NCBI GenBank assembly: GCA_030141605.1
Contig: JAQGDQ010000994.1
Span: 7,969 to 71,968, forward strand
Reading direction: 5' to 3'
DNA: 64,000 bases
Source of the DNA: Tubiluchus corallicola
Taxonomy: Eukaryota; Animalia; Priapulida
Each line of letters begins with the position of its first letter. Position 1 is the first letter of the stretch. Position numbers and translations under genes: made by a program. Of this stretch, positions 25,101-37,100 are shown piece after piece. Below the pieces are notes generated by a model, which was given only the letters and a program-made list of their open reading frames with translations, had not been told where the DNA came from and ran no database searches.

Positions 25101-28100
25101 GAAGAAATTAACTCATAAGCCACGATCAACATGGATAAGTCTTAATTATCGGCAAGAAACAACACAAAATGCATTAAACAGATGTGTATCTATGTACCTG
25201 ATAGTATAGATGTTACAATATAATTCCTCGTGACTTGTTAAGGATTGTTTTTTTATTTGATTGTAAAAGCTAACAGGCTTAATACTTGTGGGCAAAGTTT
25301 AATTCAGTAACACCTCTCCCACCTGTTTCCATGCCCAAGAGAATCATACAGCCTGACCTACCTACCTACCTGTGCTTTTTCAACCTGTGCTTGTTCAACT
25401 AACTCTAAGCTTCTGTTCACGTGATGCTGACCTACCTACCTGTGCTTTTTCAAGCTGTGCTTGTTCAACTAAGTCTAAGCTTCTGTTTACATGATGCTGA
25501 GCTACCTACCTGTGCTTTTTCAACCTGTGCTTGTTCAACTAACTCTAAGCTTCTGTTCACGTGATGCTGACCTACCTACCTGTGCTTTTTCAAGCTGTGC
25601 TTGTTCAACTAAGTCTAAGCTTCTGTTTACATGATGCTGACCTACCTACCTGTGCTTTTTCAAGCTGTGCTTGTTCAACTAACTCTAAGCTTCTGTTTAC
25701 ATGATGCTGAGCGTTTTCATCGCATTTCTTCAACTCTGCAACCGTTGTCCTCAGGCTTGTAACCAGAGCCAGCGCCTCGTCCCTTTCACTAAACAAAATA
25801 ACGGCAGCCGTTATACAAGGCCTTAAATTATCAACATCTAAACACTTGTAAGTTAACCAGTGTGGCTGCGCCCAGTCCAGGCAAAGAAACAACAAGAATT
25901 AGTATTGAACTGTGCGATAGACCTGCAATTTATTAAAATAACAGATCGCAAAAAGTGCTTAAGAACATGCTAAAGGTTATTACTATTTAGACAAAATAAA
26001 AAATTAGATTTAAGAAGACTGAAACACAAATTATTACTTCATGATTCTAGAGATTTGAAGCAATTCTAGCCAATTTAAACTATTAACTAATTATTAAAGT
26101 AGATGGTGACTTACATTTACTGGTGACAACTTTAGCTTGAAAATACAACTAGTGACTGTTAAATTGTAACAAAATAGACAAAACAATGCAAGTATCACCA
26201 AACGGCATGATCAGCATAGCGGCAACAGAAAATCTAACTACGTGTAAAAACAACTGTGATTGATAGGTGGCGTATATTACTAAGGCTTAGGTCACGTGAC
26301 TAAGGCTGGCTTCGTTTTAAACACTTTTAGGAAATGCATGTTTGTAAAAATACGAAAAAAACAAATAATTATGGAATGCTAGATTAAATTACTTGACACC
26401 AACATCCAGTAAATTAAAAAAAAAATAACTCAGTTTCCATGAGAGAGAAAGAAAAAACAAAGACAAATTCCATTACATAAGTGGAACCTTGTTACAACTG
26501 AAACTCGCTACAGTCGACCATCGTTAAACCGGACCCCGTTTAACGGATAAGACGGACGTCAACCGTGGTAAAGGAAACTGACCGATTTCCGACCCGGTCA
26601 CGGCCTACCAACTCACCACGATATACATATACTATACTTTTTATTATTTAAACTGTACAATAATTTCTTTATCCTCACAGGTTAACTATTTTAAAGTAAT
26701 ATACAGTATACTATATAGTGCACAGTATATAGTGCAATGTATGTAGGCCTTATTAAGGTGATTATTCCTGTATAATATAGACCATATATAGGCATATCGG
26801 ATAAATCGGACAATCAGCTAAACCGGACCCCCCCCCCAATTAGTCCGGTTTAACGAGGGTTGACTGTATTTACTCGCTTGAGAAACAAGAAATGCAAAAA
26901 AGTGCTACTAAAACTCTAATTCAATGTACCAAAATGCGTCATAACAAACACAAAATTGCAGTTACATTCAGTTACGCTTCACTAGATCTTTCCGCTGTAT
27001 GAAAGTTGCAAACAGAGCAAAATAAACCCTCCCAAATAAGCCTTTTCACAGTTTCATTGTGCGCACGTACTGTTGCTATAGATCAAAGGCTAAGTGTACC
27101 ACAGCAACGCGTTCTTAACTACAACTGCCACCTGACATGTGGGTAAAGCAAAGCCTTTTGCCACATCGGTTCAGTAACTTCAGTTGTTTTACCTAGATGT
27201 TACTTAACTATGCATTAGTCTGTGCATAGAGTGATTTACTAGCAGGACCTTGTTTGTGAACAAGAAAAATGAACTAGGCAAGATTCTAGCTAGCTGTTAA
27301 AACTGTTACTATTAGAGGCGCATAGGCTGTGAAGGCATTGTCGAGTGTACACAAATGCGTTGGCTGGCTACAGTTAACCTTTGACCTTTTCACGATCATC
27401 ATCAATCGCTGGAACTTTGAAAAGGCTTGTTAGATCGTCAATCCCTTGTTTAGGCAATGTGTTACATGCCAATGTCTTAAACGTATGTAAATTTGTCTTA
27501 AACAATGTCTAAAGCATACCTAATAAGTTTAGTTATCTACCTTGTAAGTTTCTCGATTGTCTCTTCATGTTTCGGGAGGGTTATTACAGGTAACGAAGCC
27601 TGTTCGTTCGCACACTTGACACAGAGTTTGGCTTCAAACTGACCTTTGCCAGCTTTCATCAGTGCTAACTCGTAGGATTTCAAGCGAGCCGTCAGACTGA
27701 TGTTGTCTGATTCCGCTTTATTGTAATCATGTTTCATTCTCTGTAGCTGCGCTTCCAACCGTTCATTCTTCACAATGTGCAGGTTGCGAATAACTGCCTA
27801 AAAATACATGTTTGCATGAGTATAATTGCCTAAAAATACATGTTTGCATGAGTATAACTGCCTAAAAATGCATGTTTGAATGAGCATAACTGCCTAAAAA
27901 TGCATGTTTGAATGAGTATAACTGCCTAAAAATGCATGTTTGAATGAGTATAACTGTCTAAAAATGCATGTTTGAATGAGCATAACTGTCTAAAAATGCA
28001 TGTTTGCATGAGTATAACTGCCTAAAAATACATGTTTGAATGAGCATAACTGCCTAAAAATGCATGTTTGAATGAGTATAACTGCCTAAAAATGCATGTT

Positions 28101-31100
28101 TGCACGAGTATAAATGTCTAAAAATACATGTTTGCATGAGTATAACTGTCTAAAAATGCAGGTTTGAATGAGTATAACTGCCTAAAAATGCATGTTTGAA
28201 TGAGTATAACTGCCTAAAAATACATGTTTGCATGAGTATAACTGTCTAAAAATGCATGTTTGCATGAGTATAACTGCCTAAAAATGCATGTTTGCATGAG
28301 TATAACTGCCTAAAAATGCATGTTTGCATGAGTATAACTGCCTAAAAATACATGTTTGAATGAGCATAACTGCCTAAAAATGCATGTTTGAATGAGTATA
28401 ACTGCCTAAAAATGCATGTTTGAATGAGTATAACTGTCTAAAAATGCATGTTTGCATGAGTATAACTGTCTAAAAATGCATGTTTGCATGAGTATAACTG
28501 CCTAAAAATACATGTTTGCATGAGTATAACTGCCTAAAAATGCATGTTTGAATGAGAATAACTGCCTAAAAATGCATGTTTGAATGAGTATAACTGCCTA
28601 AAAATGCATGTTTGCACGAGTATAACTGTCTAAAAATACATGTTTGCATGAGTATAACTGTCTAAAAATGCAGGTTTGCATGAGTATAACTGCCTAAAAA
28701 TACATGTTTGCATGAGTATAACTGCCTAAAAATGCATGTTTGAATGAGCATAACTGCCTAAAAATACATGTTTGCATGAGTATAACTGCCTAAAAATACA
28801 TGTTTGCATGAGTATAACTGTCTAAAAATGCAGGTTTGCATGAGTATAACTGCCTAAAAATACATGTTTGCATGAGTATAACTGCCTAAAAATGCATGTT
28901 TGCACGAGTATAACTGTCTAAAAATGCACGTTTGCATGAGCATAACTACCTAACAATACATGTTTGCACGAGTATAACTGTCAAAAAATGCATGCTTGCA
29001 TGAGTATAACTGTCTAAAAATGCAGGTTTGCATGAGTATAACTGCCTAAAAATACATGTTTGCATGAGTATAACTGCCTAAAAATGCATGTTTGCACGAG
29101 TATAACTGTCTAAAAATGCACGTTTGCATGAGCATAACTACCTAACAATACATGTTTGCACGAGTATAACTGTCTAAAAATGCACGTTTGCATGAGCATA
29201 ACTACCTAACAATACATGTTTGCACGAGTATAACTGTCTAAAAATGCATGTTAGCATGAGTATAACTGCCTAAAAATGCATCTTAGCATGAGTATAACTG
29301 CCTAAAAATGCAGGTTTGCATGAGTATAACTGCCTAAAAATGCATGTTTGCACGAGTATAACTGTCTAAAAATGCACGTTTGCATGAGCATAACTACCTA
29401 ACAATACATGTTTGCACGAGTATAACTGTCAAAAAATGCATGCTTGCATGAGTATAACTGTCTAAAAATGCAGGTTTGCATGAGTATAACTGCTTAAAAA
29501 TACATGTTTGCATGAGTATAACTGCCTAAAAATGCATGTTTGCACGAGTATAACTGTCTAAAAATGCACGTTTGCATGAGCATAACTACCTAACAATACA
29601 TGTTTGCACGAGTATAACTGTCTAAAAATGCACGTTTGCATGAGCATAACTACCTAACAATACATGTTTGCACGAGTATAACTGTCTAAAAATGCATGTT
29701 AGCATGAGTATAACTGCCTAAAAATGCAGGTTTGCATGAGTATAACTGCCTAAAAATACATGTTTGCATGAGCATAACTGCCTAAAAATGCATGTTTGAA
29801 TGAGCATAACTGCCTAAAAATGCATGTTTGAATGAGCATAACTGCCTAAAAATGCATGTTTGAATGAGCATAACTGCCTAAAAATGCATGTTTGAATGAG
29901 TATAACTGCCTAAAAATGCATGTTTGAATGAGTATAACTGCCTAAAAATGCATGTTTGAATGAGCATAACTGCCTAAAAATGCATGTTTGCATGAGTATA
30001 ACTGCCTAAAAATGCATGTTTGAATGAGTATAACTGCCTAAAAATGCATGTTTGAATGAGCATAACTGCCTAAAAATGCATGTTTGAATGAGTATAACTG
30101 CCTAAAAATGCATGTTTGCATGAGTATAACTGCCTAAAAATGCATGTTTGAATGAGCATAACTGCCTAAAAATGCATGTTTGCATGAGTATAACTGCCTA
30201 AAAATGCATGTTTGAATGAGTATAACTGCCTAAAAATGCATGTTTGAATGAGTATAACTGCCTAAAAATGCATGTTTGCATGAGTATAACTGCCTAAAAA
30301 TGCATGTTTGAATGAGTATAACTGCCTAAAAATGCATGTTTGCATGAATATAACTGCCTAAAAATACATGTTTGCATGAATATAACTGCCTAAAAATACA
30401 TGTTTGCATGAATATAACTGCCTAAAAATACATGTTTGCATGAGTATAACTGCCTAAAAATACATGTTTGCATGAGTATAACTGCCTAAAAATACATGTT
30501 TGCATGAGTATAACTGCCTAAAAATACATGTTTGCACGAGTATAACTGCCTAAAAATACATGTTTGCATGAATATAACTGTCTAAAAATACATGTTTGCA
30601 TGAGTATAACTGCCTAAAAATACATGTTTGCATGAGTATAACTGCCTAAAAATGCATGTTTGCACGAGTATAACTGTCTAAAAATGCACGTTTGCATGAG
30701 CATAACTACCTAACAATACATGTTTGCACGAGTATAACTGTCTAAAAATGCATGTTAGCATGAGTATAACTGCCTAACAATGCAGGTTTGCATGAGTATA
30801 ACTGCCTAAAAATACATGTTTGCATGAGTATAACGGCCTAAAAATGCATGTTTGCACGAGTATAACTGTCTAAACATGCACGTTTGCATGAGCATAACTA
30901 CCTAACAATACATGTTTGCACGAGTATAACTGTCAAAAAATGCATGCTTGCATGAGTATAACTGTCTAAAAATGCAGGTTTGCACGAGTATAACTGCCTA
31001 AAAATACATGTTTGCATGAGTATAACTGCCTAAAAATGCATGTTTGCACGAGTATAACTGCCTAAAAATACATGTTTGCATGAATATAACTGCCTAAAAA

Positions 31101-34100
31101 TACATGTTTGCATGAGTATAACTGCCTAAAAATGCATGTTTGCATGAGCATAACTGCCTAAAAATACGTGTTTGCATGAGCACAACTGTCTAAAAATACA
31201 TGTTTGCATGAGCATAACTGCCTAAAAATACGTGTTTGCATGAGCACAACTGTCTAAAAATACATGTTTGCATGAATACAACTGCCTAAAAATACGTGTC
31301 TGCATGAGTACAACTGCCTAAAAATACATGTTTGCACGAATATAACTGCCTAAAAATGCATGTTTGCATGAATATAACTGTCTAAAAATACATGTTTGCA
31401 CGAATATAACTGCCTAAAAATGCATGTTACATGTTTGCATGAGTATAACAGCCTAAAAATACATGTTTGCATGAGTATGACTGCCTAAAAATACATGTTT
31501 GCATGAGTATAACTGCCTAAAAATACATGTTTGCACGAGTATAACTGCCTAAAAATACATGTTTGCACGAGTATGACTGGCTAAAAATACATGTTTGCAT
31601 GAATATAACTATCTAAAAATACATGTTTGCATGAGTATAACTGCCTAAAAATACATGTTTGCACGACTATGACTGCCTAAAAATACATGTTTGCACAAGT
31701 ATGACTGGCTAAAAATACATGTTTGCATGAGTATAACTGCCTAAAAATACATGTTTGCACAAGTATGACTGGCTAAAAATACATGTTTGCATGAATATAA
31801 CTATCTAAAAATGCATGTTTGCATGAGTATAACTGCTTAACTGTCTATATGAGGAAAACACGAGCGTATGTGAATAATTGCCTGTTAGTACTTATGCTTA
31901 CGAGAATAACTGCTCAAAAATTTATCTGTGTGCAAATAACCGCCTGTGATGACATGAACATAACAGAATATTTGCACAAAAATACGTCTAAATGCAAATA
32001 TGTATTACTTTGCATATATAAATGCGAAGTAAAAACCTTTTCGAAGAAATATAAATACAAATTTACAACAATTTACGTAAAAAACTGGTAACAAACAGCG
32101 TAATAAACAAATATTTTATACCAATTCTTCCTTCCATTTTGCAGCAGTAAATGCTGCAACAGATGGAGTTGTTTTCTCTGGTCCTTCAAGACCCTGAAAA
32201 CAAATTAGTTATGAAGCAATTAGCAACTGGCAGTTACGTAATATTTTGTTTGCTAAAAGGCCCAGGAAAGCTTTCTTTTGGCAAACAAATTTAGACAAAT
32301 GTGCAGCAAGTTTTAATACAGCATTTCACACTAAGCAATTACGACATATAATGTGCCTAGGACTGCCTACATAGCAGATGATTATTGAAACCGGGAATTA
32401 GTAGTGGGACGTCCCAGAAGTCTCTTCAATAGAACTCAAAAGCAGTGCCTTTTTAAAGGTTTTTGAAAACTATTCTTAAGAAAACAGATTTTAAAAAATC
32501 TTGCCAAATTTTAAAACTGTCAGTTCCACATTAACTGACAATTAAAAAAATCACAAAATTTACCAATTTAATTTTAAACAAGAAATACCAGTAACCAAAA
32601 TTAGGGTTTCTTAAGGCAAGATTTGCCAAGGTTTTACCAAATACTGGTTCGAATATTTCGGAGACAAAGACGAAATTCTGATCAATGTAGGTTAATCATC
32701 AACTAAATTGCTTAAGAAATGAATTTTAAATTTTAATGATTATGACGAAACACCAAAGTTACTCCAAAAATCTTTTATGATTTTAACAAAGCGGACGGAC
32801 AATTTTACCAATGTACTACATTGTAACGACTTCAAGCAAAGTTGAGTAATTTAAATCAGTAAAATCCACATAACTTAATTACAAAAGTTTATCAATAAAG
32901 ACGTTTAAAAATGTTTAAAAAAACATCTTTCCGACTTGTCGACGTCCCTTCAACGGCCTTCTCCTCCTACACACCTCTCACACTGGTGCACTGCCTCAAG
33001 ATGATGCATCACTAACTACGACCCTCAAACAATTACACATGACTATGTTTCCACGACGACAGATGAGTGAACAGCTGATATAATCAACATGACACAATTT
33101 TGATAAGTCTACTAAAATTTTCAGCTGTATCAAGTTCAAAATTTTGTAATCAACATGTAAAACAAACAGTCTAACTTACCTCGGGTACGTTTATTACTCC
33201 TGTTGAACTTACCCCGGGTACGTCTATTACTCCTGTTGAACTTACCCCGGGTACGTCTATTACTCCTGTTGAACTTACCCCGGGTACGTCTATTACTCCT
33301 GTTGAACTTACCCCGGGTACGTCTATTACTCCTGTTGAACTTACCCCGGGTACGTCTATTACTCCTGTTGAACTTACCCTGGGTACGTCTATTACTCCTG
33401 TTGAACCTACCCCGGGTACGTCTATTACTCCCGTTGACATGTGTGTCTTGATTGTATCCATGAGTTTTCTGTTTTCCGCAACGAGTCCGCTCGTGCCCCT
33501 GCCAAGATTCGTTAGTTGCTCCTGGATGAATACAAACACACAATAACACAATAGTTATTAAAAAAGTTGGCAAACACAAATTTATTGGTGACGACTGCTT
33601 CAGTAAAGTAGAGAACACCCAAGCACCATACGCGTAAGATGCGGAGTTACAGGTGTGTGTCCGAAGCCTTCTCCAGAAAAGTTTTGAAAAATCAAAGCCA
33701 ATTTCCTTGTGTTTGGGTTCATTTTGGATGTTTTAAGCCCAAACATTAAGCTGAACATTTTCACCAAACAGCGATAAAGTAAAAAGTGGTATCATTACAG
33801 TACATGCATACTGGCCATTCACATTTCTAAGGTATCTGAAGTGAGTTATGAAGATCCAAGAGAGGAAGTGAGTGATAACAATTAGATGAGAAATGATGAA
33901 AATCATATTAGTCAAGAAAAGAGCTCTGAAATGCATTAACATTTTTCTGATATTTGCCACAAAATTTTAGGGAAATGTTTACGTGGAGCACATTCTGGAG
34001 TTTGCAAGAAAATGCCCTGTTATGTTAAATGTAAACAAATTTATGTAAACCTTACAAGTAGGGCTATTTAGAAAGTCCGAGTATAATTTTTATAAGGTAT

Positions 34101-37100
34101 GTGATATTTGGGCATGAGACATTTGGGCACTAACAAAATTTGATATTTTACCCATTTTTTTTACTTTTGCTCATTATATTTTTAATGATTCACTATTTTC
34201 CTAACTGTCATAATGTTTAATAGCACAATTAAAACCAGTTGATTGTCTTTCTGCACTTTCTCCACTTTCAGTATTAGTCTATGTGCAGTTAATGAACAAA
34301 GCATGTCAGTATCTATAACAGCGAGATTAAGTTGTACATTATTAGCAACAGTTTACCGACAGAAAAAGTCAACCAGCATTTCCAGACTGTTCTAAGCAAG
34401 CTGGACAATAACCTAATGTTACCATGCAACTATTCATCAAGCACTTGGTGTCCTTTGACTTATGTTGTTTATACTAGTGGCCAGGGGCGTATTAAGAAAT
34501 AGGCTGAGGAGGCTACGGCCTAGGGCGCCAGAGTTTGAGGGGCGTCACTGTTGTGTTTCTTTCTCTCGGACGACTCGTAGAGAAAACCAGAAAACACTTT
34601 GTCAAATTAAACTGGTTTATTGTGTGAGAATTCTACAACGCACAAGTATGAAGGAACGCGAAATATACCCAGTCAAGTGAGAAGAAAATCTGAGAATCTG
34701 AAATTAATCTGAGAATACGAGAATTAAATTTGAACGGCCAGCTCCGCCTTATATGTCAATGCACATGGACTAAACCAGAACAATCTAGAAACTACTATGC
34801 GCATCGCGTATAGAAAGTTCTCGAATCTTCTACAAGGTTGCTACAAGAAGATTGTTCTACTATACTATAGAATCTCCACAACAGTCACACTTTAGAAAAA
34901 ATTCTTATTCTCCTTGGAAAATATGTGTACTTTCATATTCATGTAAAGGGTGTATTTTATAACACGCCACAGGCACTTACTGAAGCAGCTTTTATATAAG
35001 TGCCACATAACAAACAGGTGCAAAGTTTTACACAACAAACTAGGAAGCTTGAATATAAGCGCTATGCAAATACATTTTAGTAATAATGACCACATAGAAA
35101 CTAGGTTAATAGTGTTTTTAATACACCACAAATAATTGTTTAATCTCCTCATTACATAGTAATTCACAATAGAGGTGGGAGGGAGAGAATTATCTGCCTC
35201 GGTTGCCGTAAAGTCTTGATACGCCCCTGCTAGCGGCATATTCAAGAAAAGTAGGTCAATTAACAAGAAAAAATGCTTAATACATAACTTTCACTTTCAA
35301 GATAAAACTTTTTCATTTCATCTCTTGTGAAATGTTCCGCAGCAGAGTTTTTTATACATGGTAAGTGTTATAGTTATTTCTAGTGTCAATTACAGGATCG
35401 TATTCAGGAAAATAATTATTTATTTGCTTATAAAAACTTTAGGTAATTTAAACAAACAAAGAAGTTGTACCTAATCAGCCAACCAGAGACATCGTGTTTC
35501 GTAGCGCAAAGCAGAAATTATTTGCTCAGTCAAGCACAGCCAACTCAGGTGCCTAAATGTTTCATGCGGAAACTGCCAAGCGAAAAATGACCCGACCCCT
35601 TTTCAAAAGCCTTGATGACTTTCACAACAGGACAGAAATTCACCAGGAACAAAAAGTAGACCCCGAGAGGCTAAGTGAGGGTCATTTCACTGATCTTTCA
35701 TGAAGCACACAAAAAAATTATAAATTACAAAACTAATTCTCAACTAGCAGTCTACACTACGCTTAGACCACATATGGTTTCAACATTTAAAATATTACAC
35801 CTTGTAAACCATTTCTTACAAACTGTAGTTAAATTAAAATGTATTGTAGTTAAATTAGAATGTGTGACTACTGCAGAAAACAGAAAAAAGTTGAACATGA
35901 TTTGTGAATTGCCAAAAATTTTAAAAATTTCTAATCTCTGAAAGCAATAAAAACAAGGCAATAATGAAATAGGCAGTACTTATTAAAACAATGACTAATG
36001 TTTAAAAGCAACACGTGGGGTACATACCTGTAATTCACTATTCTCACTCTCAAGCTGTTGAATATAGGCAGCTTGTTGTTGTAATAATGGTACCAACTCC
36101 ACTGATGTTGGAATGTCTTTACCGGAAGACTCCTGCAGATAAAATTAACTTTTTATTCTTCTAGTAAAATTAACATACAATGAATGCGTCAATCTATTAC
36201 AAAAACAGTTAAGTAGTTTCTAATCAACCAGACAGTTTAGTCTAGTGGTAATGCGTCTGCTTTCCATCTCTGAGGTCGTGAGTTCGAACCAGCGACCGGG
36301 TCATACCAAAGACCTTAAAAATGGTACCTGCTGTTGCCCTGCCCGACGCGGGGTATTTAGGGCAAAAGTGGGGTAATAATAGTCTCTGTTATGTAGTTGT
36401 AGGTTGTTATTTACAGTTGGCGATAATGGCTCTTTGAGCTAATGTTAATTGTTGACCCAAAAGCCGACTTTAAATAAAGATTGTTATTATTATTATTAAT
36501 GAGTATCGCACCTGTGTGATCACCTTAGGTAGGTACGTGAAAAATAAATGCATAAGCACTCGGTCAAAAATCCCACTCAAACAAAAACTATAGAGAGAAA
36601 AACCCCGGGGATGATGACTGTTGTCAGCAACTTTGGATGCAAATGATTATTTTTTATTTTACTATCCGAGAAAATAAACAGGAGGAGCTAGGCAGGTACA
36701 TACTTTGCCCCAAGTTTAAATATTATCTCAAAATTATCGACACAAGTATGTTCATGAAGTTGTTTGTGTTAAAGCATCTTTCTAAATTGATGTATTGTTA
36801 CCTAGATAGAAACAAAGAACAGGCGAATTAAAATATGTGCATAATTATTAGAAGTAATTTACATGGTTTTTACATAATGATATTTACAATGACGATATGA
36901 AAGTAATAGTATTAACACATATTCGTATACAAGGTATGTATACATATATTGGTCTATTACATCATAAAGACCTAAATACGTTTTTGTATAACTTATTAGT
37001 TGATGATAATAAATGTGTCGACAAAACCTATAATGTTATTGTGTCCATTATATTACTAGATTAAAACAATAATATAAAATAGTCAGTCATACCGATTGAC

